IMG/VR virus record: IMGVR_UViG_3300017956_006678
Coordinates: 10,588-74,587 of that record
DNA: 64,000 nt
Direction: 5' to 3' (one strand)
Source: a virus
Shown: positions 18,899-28,617 of the stretch, piece by piece
Layout of the letters: the number at the start of each line of letters is the position of its first letter
Numbering within the stretch: the first letter of the stretch is position 1
Program-made: the position numbers and the translations under genes
The notes under the pieces: generated by a model
The model's database searches: none
Told to the model about the DNA's origin: nothing
What the model saw: the letters and a program-made list of their open reading frames with translations, nothing else

Positions 18899-19736
18899 TT
18901 TAAATTATCTTACCGAAAAAGTATTGGATGCAAAAATACATACTGAACCTTTTGATCATATTATTATTGATAATTTTTTATCCGATCATGACTTAAAAAT
19001 AATATTAAATGACAAACAAATACATTTTGACACGTGTCAAAATACTAAAGATTTAATTAATACTCTACATGAAAAAAATTACAGTATACAGAGTTTTCCC
19101 GGATGTAGTACAGATATAAAAGATTATCTAGATAAATATAAAAATAAGGTTTGGCCTAATGAAAGAAACGGTACACCTGTAGAAACATTTGGGCTAACAT
19201 TTCGACTAAAAGATTACGACAATCCTAGAATAGAAGAAATTGTTAAATACATGAGCTCAGAAAATTTTCAAAATGCAATTTCTAAAAAGTTTAATTTGAG
19301 TAAAAAAACTTATGCAATAACTGCTATCCAAAAAAATCTTTCCTATTATGAAATAAGCCCACACCCAGATACAAGAAGAAAAGCAGCAACTTACTTGTTA
19401 AATATAAACAAAAATGATGAAGCTGAAAAACTAGATGTTCACACACATCTTCTAAAATTTAAAGAAAATTATAATGATATTTATAGAATTTGGAAAGAAG
19501 AAGATCATTTTGATAGATGTTGGGTACCCTGGGATTGGTGCACCACAGAAAAAATGATTAGAAAAAATAATACTATTGTAATATTTCCGACAACAAATAA
19601 AAGTTTACATGCTGTTAGATTAGATTATGACCATTGTAAATTTCAGAGAACACAAGTCTACGGTAATTTAATGTATGAGAACACAAATAGAGTACCTCAA
19701 AGAAATTATAAAAAGTTAAAGGAAAATATAAAATGA
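18891..19736 (+). CDS. 2OG-Fe(II) oxygenase
   Basis: EPFDHIIIDNFL, ISPHPD (HxD), SLHAV, QRT; GAGG SD before ATG18891. Confidence 0.8.
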   Translation: MNDLNYLTEKVLDAKIHTEPFDHIIIDNFLSDHDLKIILNDKQIHFDTCQNTKDLINTLHEKNYSIQSFPGCSTDIKDYLDKYKNKVWPNERNGTPVETFGLTFRLKDYDNPRIEEIVKYMSSENFQNAISKKFNLSKKTYAITAIQKNLSYYEISPHPDTRRKAATYLLNINKNDEAEKLDVHTHLLKFKENYNDIYRIWKEEDHFDRCWVPWDWCTTEKMIRKNNTIVIFPTTNKSLHAVRLDYDHCKFQRTQVYGNLMYENTNRVPQRNYKKLKENIK

Positions 19737-20434
19737 GCTATAAGGATCTTAATTTTAAAATGCAAAAAGATTTTAAATTTTTAATCGATTCTGGATTGAA
19801 AACTACTTCTACTTTTTTAGATGTTGGTTGTGGCAGAGGTAGATTAGCACATGCAATTCATTATTTGCAAAATAAAAGTTATTATGGTTTTGATAAAGAG
19901 GATTATGTTTTAAGTTTTAAAAAGAAGATTAAAAATAATAGTAGATTATATCAGAAAAAGTCTCCTCAAATATTTAAATCAGAAATGAATAATTTTTTTG
20001 AAAACATCCCGTCAGATAAGTATTTTGATTTTATCTATGGATATTCGGTTTTTACACATGTAACTTTGGAATCAAAATTAAATTTTTTCATTAATATGAA
20101 AAAACATATACACAAAGACACTAAAATTTACTTAACTTTTTTAATTTCAAAAAATAAATGTTTCTCTGGAAGTCTTCACAAAGACAGAAAAAATGAATTT
20201 AATGGAGTTTGGAATACGGAAGAAAAAATTAAAAATTTTTTTAAAAATTTAAATTTTAATGCACAGTGGATTGGTTCTATAGAAAAAAATTGGGAAAATT
20301 CACTTAGACCTGAAAATATCTATAGATATAATGAAGAAGTATATTCACCTTTTGAAAATGGAGAGAAAACTTTTGTTGGAGACTATGGTCATCAAGATTT
20401 ATTCTATATAACACCTATGGATGATAAAATATGA
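19733..20434 (+). CDS. Class I SAM-dependent methyltransferase
   Basis: FLDVGCGRGRL, FDFIYGYSVFTH. Confidence 0.88.
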   Translation: MSYKDLNFKMQKDFKFLIDSGLKTTSTFLDVGCGRGRLAHAIHYLQNKSYYGFDKEDYVLSFKKKIKNNSRLYQKKSPQIFKSEMNNFFENIPSDKYFDFIYGYSVFTHVTLESKLNFFINMKKHIHKDTKIYLTFLISKNKCFSGSLHKDRKNEFNGVWNTEEKIKNFFKNLNFNAQWIGSIEKNWENSLRPENIYRYNEEVYSPFENGEKTFVGDYGHQDLFYITPMDDKI

Positions 20435-21546
20435 AAAAAATACTACATTTAGGAGCTTTTGATCGTAATATTGGTGACAATATAGCATTGATCAATGCAC
20501 AAAAATTATGGAAAAAGAATATCAAAGAAGAAATACAATTTAAAAATTTTGATATAGGTAATTTTTGGAAAAATAATAATGATATTAATGCTTCAAAAAA
20601 AATATTTTCGAAAATTAGCAAAGAATACGATTGTATTCTTGTTGGAGGGGGAGGTCTAGTTGAGTGTCAAGATCACCATGCAACAGGGTGGAAATTACCT
20701 TTTAATAAAAAAGTATTTCAAAGTATAAGTATTCCAACATTTTTCCAAGGTGTAGGTATTAATTGTTTTAGAGGCGGTTCTGAATACACAGATAAAGCTA
20801 AGAATTCACTAAGCGAAACGATTGACAACGCATCAGTTTTTTCTGTACGGAATGATGGTTCAAAGTCAAAGCTTGATAATTGGATTGGAATTAAAAATAA
20901 AAAAGTTATAGAAGTTCCTGATCCGGGTTTAATGCATTATAATGATCATGATATAAAACTAGAAAAATTAGAAAATCTAAATGTTAAAATTTTTGGAATC
21001 CAACCCGCGTGGAACGGAGGTGGTGATCTTAAACCTGGAATTAACTTAGGAAGATTTATAAATCAAGATAATATCGACTTTATAAAATCATTAACTTCTA
21101 ATATGAAAGTTTATCCACATACAGGTAAAGATTTTAATAGATTAAAAGGAAAAACAATTGTCTCTCTAGAAGAATTTAAGACAAAATATCGATACATTAA
21201 AAATACTTATGATTTTATTAACAAATACAATGAAGTGGATTGTGTTATTGCAATGAGAGGGCATGGTCAACTTATAACAATAGGAATGAATTTACCGGGA
21301 ATATATTTAAGTACTCAGGATAAAGTAAGAGATTTTTCCTTATTGAATGGTTTTGAAGATTACAATGTTGACATTCTTGAAGATAATTGGCAAGATAAAT
21401 TAAAAAATTATATTTATCTAATGAAAAACGAAGAAGAATACGTTAAAAATTGGTTTAATATTAGAAAAAATAAAATTAAAAAGTGGAAAAATCAAGATAG
21501 TGACTTTATTAATGAATGCATGAGAGTATTAAAATGGAATGTGTAG
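20431..21546 (+). CDS. Polysaccharide pyruvyl transferase family protein
   Basis: NIGD, LVGGGGL, GVG, SVRNDGS, VPDP, AMRGHG. Confidence 0.9.
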   Translation: MKKILHLGAFDRNIGDNIALINAQKLWKKNIKEEIQFKNFDIGNFWKNNNDINASKKIFSKISKEYDCILVGGGGLVECQDHHATGWKLPFNKKVFQSISIPTFFQGVGINCFRGGSEYTDKAKNSLSETIDNASVFSVRNDGSKSKLDNWIGIKNKKVIEVPDPGLMHYNDHDIKLEKLENLNVKIFGIQPAWNGGGDLKPGINLGRFINQDNIDFIKSLTSNMKVYPHTGKDFNRLKGKTIVSLEEFKTKYRYIKNTYDFINKYNEVDCVIAMRGHGQLITIGMNLPGIYLSTQDKVRDFSLLNGFEDYNVDILEDNWQDKLKNYIYLMKNEEEYVKNWFNIRKNKIKKWKNQDSDFINECMRVLKWNV

Positions 21547-22244
21547 TATGTAGCTCAACCACTCATCAGATAAAAAAAGACATATATGAGTGTAAAGATT
21601 GTGGTCATATATATGTGAACTATATGGGTGACGGATTAGATTATCACAAAAACACACATAGAAGAGACAAAAAAAGTGGAATTAGAGGGAACAATGAGAT
21701 TGATGGTGAAACATTTACGCAAGCTTTTCACGATAGACGAAAAATTATATGTGATAATAGAAAAAAATATATAAAACCTTATATTGAAAACTTGAATAGT
21801 ATTTTAGACATAGGCGCTGGAGGGGGAACTTTTTTAAATCACGTATCTAAATCATTTAATACACTGCATAGTACTGAAATAAGCACTATATGTATAAATA
21901 ATTTAAAAAAACAAGGTTACTATGTTTATGAAGGAAACTTTTCTGATTTAAAAATTATTAAAAAATATGATGTTGTTACATGTTGGCACGTTTTAGAACA
22001 TGTCAAGGAGATGAATTCTTTTATTGATAAGTTAAGTCTCGTAACAGGAAATTATCTTTTTTTAGAAGTACCTACTAAGCGTGGTTTAATTAATGATGTA
22101 CAAGAAAATTTTGATGGCCATTATCATTATTTTTCTAAAAATTCTTTAAAAATAAAACTAGAAAAAAATTTTAAAATAGTTAAAATTGAAGAACCAGGAA
22201 TACAGAAACCCTCTATAACCGTAGTAGCTGTACCTAAATCATGA
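21534..22244 (+). CDS. SAM-dependent methyltransferase with N-terminal Zn ribbon
   Basis: CVVC...CKDC, ILDIGAGGG, YDVVTCWHVLEH, LEVP. Confidence 0.9.
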   Translation: MECVVCSSTTHQIKKDIYECKDCGHIYVNYMGDGLDYHKNTHRRDKKSGIRGNNEIDGETFTQAFHDRRKIICDNRKKYIKPYIENLNSILDIGAGGGTFLNHVSKSFNTLHSTEISTICINNLKKQGYYVYEGNFSDLKIIKKYDVVTCWHVLEHVKEMNSFIDKLSLVTGNYLFLEVPTKRGLINDVQENFDGHYHYFSKNSLKIKLEKNFKIVKIEEPGIQKPSITVVAVPKS

Positions 22245-23065
22245 TTAATTACGAAAAATATTTTAAAAAATGTCAAGAAATTTTTACCGGTAACAAACCT
22301 AGTAGAAACAGTTCTCTTTTTATTGATAATCTAGGTTGTGAAATATTCAATCCGGAAAAGAAAAATAAAATTTTTAAATTTTATAAAAGTTATAATGATG
22401 ACGTACATGAAGCTTTTATTTATTCAGACAATAAAATTAAAAATCGTGTCGATCTTTTTGATACTAATCATAAAAACATAATCAAGGTAGATAATTGGAA
22501 AGATTGTCCTGCAATTTATAGATTAGGTAATTTTTGTGCACGTGTAGCTGAAGAAAATATATATGGTAGTAATGCAATTGTAGAGTCTATTTTAATTTAT
22601 AAGAATTTACTTGGTGGTCCAAAAAGATCTTCGTGGTTATGGCACTATGACGATAACGTACACCAGCAAATTAAAATTATGATTTATTTAAATGACGTCA
22701 CTGATAAGACAGGTGCCATGCAAGTATTAAAAAAAGAGGATGGAACTTCTACAAAATTTTTATCGTCAAAAATAAGCCCAATTAAAACTGACAAGTCAAA
22801 ACAGCTATTTGGTACTAGTCGCTTACCTGAACAATTTATTGAACAACAAGAAATAATAACAATTTCAGGAAAAAAAGGAACTTTTATTGTTTTTGATCCT
22901 AATACTCCTCATAGAGCTACTTTAGCTTCTAATAAAGAGACACGTATGTGTGTAGTTTTTAATTTAAGACCTTATCATAAAAATAAAAATAAAAAAATTG
23001 ATCGATCAACAAAAACTTGGAGTACACTAGGTAATGTAAAAAAATTTAGCACCAGTATGGATTAA
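22241..23065 (+). CDS. 2OG-Fe(II) dioxygenase, PhyH-like
   Basis: WHYD, IYLNDV...GA, GTFIVFDPNTPHRA, R. Confidence 0.82.
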   Translation: MINYEKYFKKCQEIFTGNKPSRNSSLFIDNLGCEIFNPEKKNKIFKFYKSYNDDVHEAFIYSDNKIKNRVDLFDTNHKNIIKVDNWKDCPAIYRLGNFCARVAEENIYGSNAIVESILIYKNLLGGPKRSSWLWHYDDNVHQQIKIMIYLNDVTDKTGAMQVLKKEDGTSTKFLSSKISPIKTDKSKQLFGTSRLPEQFIEQQEIITISGKKGTFIVFDPNTPHRATLASNKETRMCVVFNLRPYHKNKNKKIDRSTKTWSTLGNVKKFSTSMD

Positions 23066-23066
23066 G

Positions 23067-23798
23067 ATGTTAATATACAATACACACAACATGACAAAAC
23101 TAACAAATAATGTTAATAAAAAAAATATTCTTATTTTAGGATCAGGACCTTCAGCAAGAGAGGTTGATTGGGAAAGTATAGATTTTGATACAGTAATTAC
23201 AACAAGTTTTTTTTACTTGAATGAAAAAGTTTTAGAAAAATCAATATGTCACATAAGCTTATCAAAATTAGTAGATCTAGAAAATCCAAAACTTTTAGAT
23301 TATTTGAGAAAAAATAAAAATTGTACTATTTCTTTTGAACCTAAAATAAGTAAACATTTAAAAAATAAAAAAGGTCAAAAAGAAGAAGAAATAATACGAT
23401 TTGTAAATAGTTCTCATAAATTTTATACCACAAAAGTTTTTAATAAATTTTATAAAGAATTCTCAGATAGAATATTTTTTTATAGAGCAGAAGGAGGTTT
23501 AGAAGGATTGGCAGGAAGAATATTTTGGCCGACTATTTTAGGTCATCCTAATAAAATATATTTTTGCGGTTTAGATGGTGTTTCAAAAAATACAAATTTA
23601 GACCCAAGAAACTATTTTCGAAAACACAAGGGAACAACTGACAAACATTACTCATATGAAGAATATAAAAAATCTTTTGAAAATTATGCACAAAGAATGT
23701 ATAATGCTGCTAAAGATAAAAAAATTAAAGTAATTAACTTAGGTAAAGGAAAGAATTATAATTTAATGACAAACATTAGTATAATCTATGAGACATAA
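23067..23798 (+). CDS. CST-I/GT42 (alpha-2,3-sialyltransferase)- or Maf/DUF115-like nonulosonate transferase
   Basis: ILILGSGPSAREVDW, FFY, KIYFCGLDG, NYF, VINL. Confidence 0.65.
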   Translation: MLIYNTHNMTKLTNNVNKKNILILGSGPSAREVDWESIDFDTVITTSFFYLNEKVLEKSICHISLSKLVDLENPKLLDYLRKNKNCTISFEPKISKHLKNKKGQKEEEIIRFVNSSHKFYTTKVFNKFYKEFSDRIFFYRAEGGLEGLAGRIFWPTILGHPNKIYFCGLDGVSKNTNLDPRNYFRKHKGTTDKHYSYEEYKKSFENYAQRMYNAAKDKKIKVINLGKGKNYNLMTNISIIYET

Positions 23799-23816
23799 GA
23801 TAGAGGGAGGATATTA

Positions 23817-24638
23817 ATGAAAATTAAAAAAATAATTTTAGGAAAAGGTAAAGTATCATCTGTGATTACTGATAAAGAGAGTGTTGTTTTAGATAAAAAA
23901 CAATGTAATATATTAAATATTAATGATTTAAATAACGTCATTAATAAATACAAACCTGAAATAATAATAAACTGTGCTGCAAAAACTAATTTAGAATATT
24001 GTCAAGAAAATAAAATAGATTGCTTTGAAAGTAATACTCGTGGTGTTTTAAATTTAATTGAAATATGCTCTTTAAAAAAAATAAAACTAGTTCATATTAG
24101 TAGTGGTTGTTTATTTGATGGTAATGAGTTTATCGCAAATGAAAAGACACACGTTTCACCTAAGGTTTGGTATACATGGACAAAAGCATGGGCAGATCAA
24201 ATAATAGAAAATTATGGTTACGAAAATTATCTAATATTGAGACCTAGACAACTCATATCCTGCAAACCACATCCAACAAATATGTTAACAAAGTTTTCTA
24301 AAATGAAAAAAATACCTGCAATCAAAGAACCGAATTCAATTACATGTCTAGAAGACTTTAAAGAAATCATTAATCATTTAATAAAAATAGATGCTGTTGG
24401 AATTTACAATTGTGCTAATGAAGGGGTTGTAACGCCTTATGATATTGCAATAGGAGTAAAAGAAAAAATTAATCCATCGCTAGTCGTTGTAAAAGAAACA
24501 TATGAAAATCTATTAAAACAGCTACCTAACAGAAGAGTCAATACAATACTTAGCATTACAAAACTTAAAAATTCTGGGTATACACCTAGATCAGCCAAAG
24601 ATGCACTTAACTGGTGTTTAGAAAACTATGGAAAATAA
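23817..24638 (+). CDS. RmlD-like SDR of the bifunctional 3,5-epimerase/4-reductase (NRS/ER) type
   Basis: INCAA, HISSGCLF, YTWTK (YxxxK), LRPRQLIS...PTNMLTK, PNSIT, GIYNCANEGVV. Confidence 0.8.
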   Translation: MKIKKIILGKGKVSSVITDKESVVLDKKQCNILNINDLNNVINKYKPEIIINCAAKTNLEYCQENKIDCFESNTRGVLNLIEICSLKKIKLVHISSGCLFDGNEFIANEKTHVSPKVWYTWTKAWADQIIENYGYENYLILRPRQLISCKPHPTNMLTKFSKMKKIPAIKEPNSITCLEDFKEIINHLIKIDAVGIYNCANEGVVTPYDIAIGVKEKINPSLVVVKETYENLLKQLPNRRVNTILSITKLKNSGYTPRSAKDALNWCLENYGK

Positions 24639-25578
24639 TTGTTATAACATATTACTAACAGGATGTGCAGGCTTTATAGGCAGTCATGCAGCAGAGTGTT
24701 TTGTTAAAGATAAAAGATATTTAGTCGCAGGGGTTGATAAAATGACCTATGCATCGGATCAAAAAAATATTAAAATGCTATCAAATTATGATAATTTTAA
24801 TTTTTACAAAGGTGATATATGCGACAAAATGTTAATTGAAAATATTGTAAAAAAATATAATATTAGATGGATAATAAATTTTGCTGCTGAAACACACGTT
24901 GATAATTCAATTGAAGATGCTACTGATTTTTTAAAATCAAACTTTTTAGGTGTACATAATCTTCTTGAAATTTGTAAAAATAAAAAGATAAAACTTTTTC
25001 AAATTTCAACAGATGAGGTTTATGGAGAAGCTAAAGAATATTCTTACAAAGAAAATAATATGTTAGATCCAAGAAATCCTTATTCAGCTAGCAAAGCAGC
25101 TGCAGAACACTTAATTAATTCTTATGCAAATACATATCAAGTTGAATATATCATAGCTAGACCGTCTAATAATTACGGCCCTAGGCAACATAAAGAAAAG
25201 TTCATACCTAAAATACTTATGAATTTAAAGAATCGTAAAAAAGTACCTGTGTATGGATCAGGATTACAAATTAGAGAATGGACATATGTCAAAGATACAG
25301 TTAACGCTATAAAATTTATATTAGAACATTCTGATTTAAATGAATGTTATAATATTTCATCTAATATTGAAATGAAAAACTTGGAAGTCTTAGATTTAAT
25401 ATGTGAAAAAACAAATAATGACGCGTCGAAAGTTATTAAATTTGTTAAAGATAGAAAAGGGCATGACAATCGATATTCAATTAATAGCGATAAATTGAAT
25501 AAGTTAGGTTATAAAAATTATTTAGACTTTAAGTCAGGTTTAAATAATACAATTAAATATTATTTGGAGAAAAAATGA
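24628..25578 (+). CDS. rmlB: dTDP/UDP-glucose 4,6-dehydratase
   Basis: TGCAGFIG, DKMTYA, FAAETHVDNSI, STDEVYG, PYSASKA, NNYGPRQ. Confidence 0.95.
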   Translation: MENNCYNILLTGCAGFIGSHAAECFVKDKRYLVAGVDKMTYASDQKNIKMLSNYDNFNFYKGDICDKMLIENIVKKYNIRWIINFAAETHVDNSIEDATDFLKSNFLGVHNLLEICKNKKIKLFQISTDEVYGEAKEYSYKENNMLDPRNPYSASKAAAEHLINSYANTYQVEYIIARPSNNYGPRQHKEKFIPKILMNLKNRKKVPVYGSGLQIREWTYVKDTVNAIKFILEHSDLNECYNISSNIEMKNLEVLDLICEKTNNDASKVIKFVKDRKGHDNRYSINSDKLNKLGYKNYLDFKSGLNNTIKYYLEKK

Positions 25579-26417
25579 ATATTGGAATTATAGGGCAAGG
25601 ATTTGTGGGTTCTGCAATAAGAGAAGGTTTAAAAAACTTTTATAAAATAAGAACATACGATATCGATTCTTCTAAATGTAATAGCACACATAGAAAAGTT
25701 TGCTTAGAATCAGATATTATTTTTATGTGTTTGCCTACACCAATGCGTAAAAATGGATCTTGCGATACAAGAATATTAGAATCAGCAATTCAAAAAGTTG
25801 ACATAACTGTCGACCAACGTGATAGCCGACCAATTATAGTTATAAAGTCAACAGTTCCACCAGGTACTACAGAAAGACTAAGTGACATCGTGAACCACTG
25901 TGATGTCTGTTTTAGCCCAGAATTTTTAACAGAAGCAAATTCTTTTGATGACTTTAAAAATCAAAGTAGAATTATTATTGGAGGACCTAGACCTGCAACA
26001 GGTAAAGTAAAGCAAATGTTTAGAAAAGCTTTTCCAACAATACCGATCGTAAAAACAGGTACAAAGACAGCAGAAATGACAAAATACTTCATAAACTGTT
26101 TTCTTGCGTCAAAAGTAACTTTTGCAAATCAAATGTATCAAATTTGTGCGAATAATAATATAGACTACGACAAGGTATGTGAATATGCTTTGTATGATCA
26201 AAGAATTGGAAAGAGTCACTTAGCTGTACCCGGTCCAGATGGAGACTTAGGTTTTGGTGGACATTGTTTCCCTAAAGATCTAGCTGCAATGATTAATTTT
26301 GGCGTGAATAATGAGGGAGACACTGATTTTCTCAAAGCAATTGAAGATTTTAATAATAAATGTAGAAGATTTAAAGACTGGGAGCAAATGAAAGGAAGAG
26401 CTGTAAGTGAAGATTAG
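25575..26417 (+). CDS. ugd: UDP-glucose/GDP-mannose 6-dehydrogenase, short form without the C-terminal domain
   Basis: GIIGQGFVG, CLPTP, KSTVPPGTT, SPEFL, GFGGHCFPKD. Confidence 0.9.
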   Translation: MNIGIIGQGFVGSAIREGLKNFYKIRTYDIDSSKCNSTHRKVCLESDIIFMCLPTPMRKNGSCDTRILESAIQKVDITVDQRDSRPIIVIKSTVPPGTTERLSDIVNHCDVCFSPEFLTEANSFDDFKNQSRIIIGGPRPATGKVKQMFRKAFPTIPIVKTGTKTAEMTKYFINCFLASKVTFANQMYQICANNNIDYDKVCEYALYDQRIGKSHLAVPGPDGDLGFGGHCFPKDLAAMINFGVNNEGDTDFLKAIEDFNNKCRRFKDWEQMKGRAVSED

Positions 26418-26465
26418 TGTAAATAAATAATAAGCTATGTATAATCATATTAGGAGATTAATATG
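26418..26465 (+). promoter_or_regulatory. Putative promoter TGTAAA-N16-TATAAT plus a hairpin over the SD and ATG
   Basis: TATAAT at 26440-26445; CATATTA-ggagat-TAATATG is a perfect 7-bp stem (26446-26465). Confidence 0.5.
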
Positions 26466-27308
26466 AATGAAAACAATGCCCAATTCCCAACAGGTAAACC
26501 ACATATTTCATTTTCAGAAATCAAACAATGGAAAGAATGTGGATATCGTCACAAACTAGTCTATATAGATAAAATTGACACTTTTGAAGATTCACCTTAT
26601 CTTCATTTTGGAACAGCAGTTCACGAAGGATGCGAGAGCTTATTAGAGACAAAGAAAATCGACCGTGATAAAATACTAGGGGTTATGAAAGAAAGTTGGC
26701 AGAAAGCTGGATTTGAGAACCCAGCGTGGTATTCTAAGCAACCTTCTTGGTATAAGCATGAACCTGTTGAAACATGGGAAACTTGGGCTAATAATATGTG
26801 GGATGAAGTTATAACTTTTCTAGATAAAGAATTGACAGGTTGGGAATGTTTTAAAGCAGAAGAAGAATTGTATGAGCCTATTGAGAATCTTAAAAAACCT
26901 TTATCCTTTAAAGGATTTATTGATGGTGTTCTTAAAGTACCTAAAAAGAGAGGTCAGGGTCATGAATACTGGATTATTGACTGGAAAACAGCAGGTCCAG
27001 GTGGTTGGAGAAGAGATAAAAAACAAGATTTAGGTATGACAGCACAATTAATTCTTTATAAACATTTTTGGGCAAAGAAACACAACATTCCACTTAAAGA
27101 TGTTAGATGTGCTTTTATATTATTGAAGCGGGGTGCTAAACAAGGAAAAGTATGTGATATTGTTAAAGTTTCTGTAGGACCTAAAACATATATCAAAGGA
27201 ATTAAACTTATGAGAAATATGATAAAGACAGTTAGAAAAGGAATGTTTCTTAAAAATAGAAATAGTTGTAAATTTTGTCCTTATGAAAATACAGAACATT
27301 GCACATAA
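26463..27308 (+). CDS. PD-(D/E)XK nuclease, Cas4/AddB-like with 4-Cys cluster
   Basis: ISFS...EC, FGTAVH, GFIDG, IIDWKT, QLILY, CKFCPY....HC. Confidence 0.9.
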   Translation: MNENNAQFPTGKPHISFSEIKQWKECGYRHKLVYIDKIDTFEDSPYLHFGTAVHEGCESLLETKKIDRDKILGVMKESWQKAGFENPAWYSKQPSWYKHEPVETWETWANNMWDEVITFLDKELTGWECFKAEEELYEPIENLKKPLSFKGFIDGVLKVPKKRGQGHEYWIIDWKTAGPGGWRRDKKQDLGMTAQLILYKHFWAKKHNIPLKDVRCAFILLKRGAKQGKVCDIVKVSVGPKTYIKGIKLMRNMIKTVRKGMFLKNRNSCKFCPYENTEHCT

Positions 27309-27311
27309 ATG

Positions 27312-27362
27312 TTTACTTTAATGGTCTGTAAGATAAAATTATCTCTAATTAAAGAGGTAATT
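27312..27362 (+). promoter_or_regulatory. Putative promoter TTTACT-N16-TAAAAT plus an SD-sequestering hairpin
   Basis: AATTATCTC-taattaaa-GAGGTAATT (27337-27362), a 9-bp stem with one G-U pair; near copy of the element at 4110. Confidence 0.5.
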
Positions 27363-27363
27363 G

Positions 27364-28617
27364 ATGGAAGAAAATAAAAAATTTAAAGTTGTTATTCTTG
27401 CAGATCACGCACTTTCTACTAGCGGCGTAGGTACTCAAACTAGACATTTGGTTGAAGGCCTTTTGAAAAAAGGTTGTTGGTCGTTTAGACAATTTGGGGC
27501 TGCTTTAAAACATGCAGACTATAGAACTGTTGTTGTTAATGAAGATTTTGTCATTAAACCTATTGATGGATTTGGTAATCCTGAACTTATAAGAGTTACA
27601 TTAGCAACTGAAAAACCTGATCTTATTTTTATTTTTACTGATCCTAGATTTTTTGTGTGGCTATTTGAGATGGAAGATGAAATACATCAGGTTTGTCCGA
27701 TTGTTTGGTGGCATGTTTGGGATAATTATCCGTACCCTAAGTTTAATACGCCTTTTTATGAATCAACAGATCTAATTAATTGTCATTCACATATGACTTA
27801 CACTATGATTAAAGATAAGTTCCCAGCTAAAACAAATTTTATACCTCATGCTCTGCCAGAAAATATTTTTCACCCAATTACAAAAAATGAAAAAATTAAT
27901 TATAAAAATGAAATACTAGGAAACGAAAAGGCAGACTATTTCACAACAATTTGGGTAAATAGAAATGCTAAAAGAAAAAGACCTAGTGACGTTTTAGCAT
28001 CTTGGAAGATGTTTTTAGAAAAACTTAAAAAAGAAAAAGGACACCAAAAAGCAACCTTAATTATGCACACTGACCCATACGATCAAGAAGGTCCTAATTT
28101 AATAGCAGTATCTGAAAACTTAGGAATACAAGATACAGTTATATTCTCTAGAGAGAGGATAGATTTTGCAAAGATGAATATACTGTACAATATTTCTGAT
28201 TGCTGCATTAGTATGTCCTATGCTGAAGGTTTTGGACTGTCAACTCTAGAATCAATGATGACAGGGACACCTATTATTGCACCAAAAACTGGAGGATTAA
28301 CTAGACAAGTTGTTGATCATCGAGATGAAAGTCACAATGGTGTTGCTTTAGATATATCAATGAAAACCCTGGTAGGAAGTCAATCTGTACCTTATATTTA
28401 TGAAGACTATGCGTCATGTGAAGATGCATCAGAAGCACTTTATAAAATGTATAGTTTGTCTGCAAAAGAAAAAGAAAAATTATCAGAAAAAGTATTAGAA
28501 TATGCACACACCCAATTTGGAATGCAAAATACTATTGATAAGTGGCATGATTCAATGATTGATATAATCAAAAATTGGAAAAACAATTATCAAAGATTAG
28601 ATGTACAAGAAATATAA
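27364..28617 (+). CDS. Glycosyltransferase family 4
   Basis: SGVGTQ, VNRNAKRK, AEGFGLSTLESMMTGTPII. Confidence 0.93.
   Translation: MEENKKFKVVILADHALSTSGVGTQTRHLVEGLLKKGCWSFRQFGAALKHADYRTVVVNEDFVIKPIDGFGNPELIRVTLATEKPDLIFIFTDPRFFVWLFEMEDEIHQVCPIVWWHVWDNYPYPKFNTPFYESTDLINCHSHMTYTMIKDKFPAKTNFIPHALPENIFHPITKNEKINYKNEILGNEKADYFTTIWVNRNAKRKRPSDVLASWKMFLEKLKKEKGHQKATLIMHTDPYDQEGPNLIAVSENLGIQDTVIFSRERIDFAKMNILYNISDCCISMSYAEGFGLSTLESMMTGTPIIAPKTGGLTRQVVDHRDESHNGVALDISMKTLVGSQSVPYIYEDYASCEDASEALYKMYSLSAKEKEKLSEKVLEYAHTQFGMQNTIDKWHDSMIDIIKNWKNNYQRLDVQEI

Noticed and set aside
26463-27308. CRISPR-Cas system
   Set aside because: No repeat-spacer array and no other cas genes were seen; this is a solo Cas4-like nuclease.
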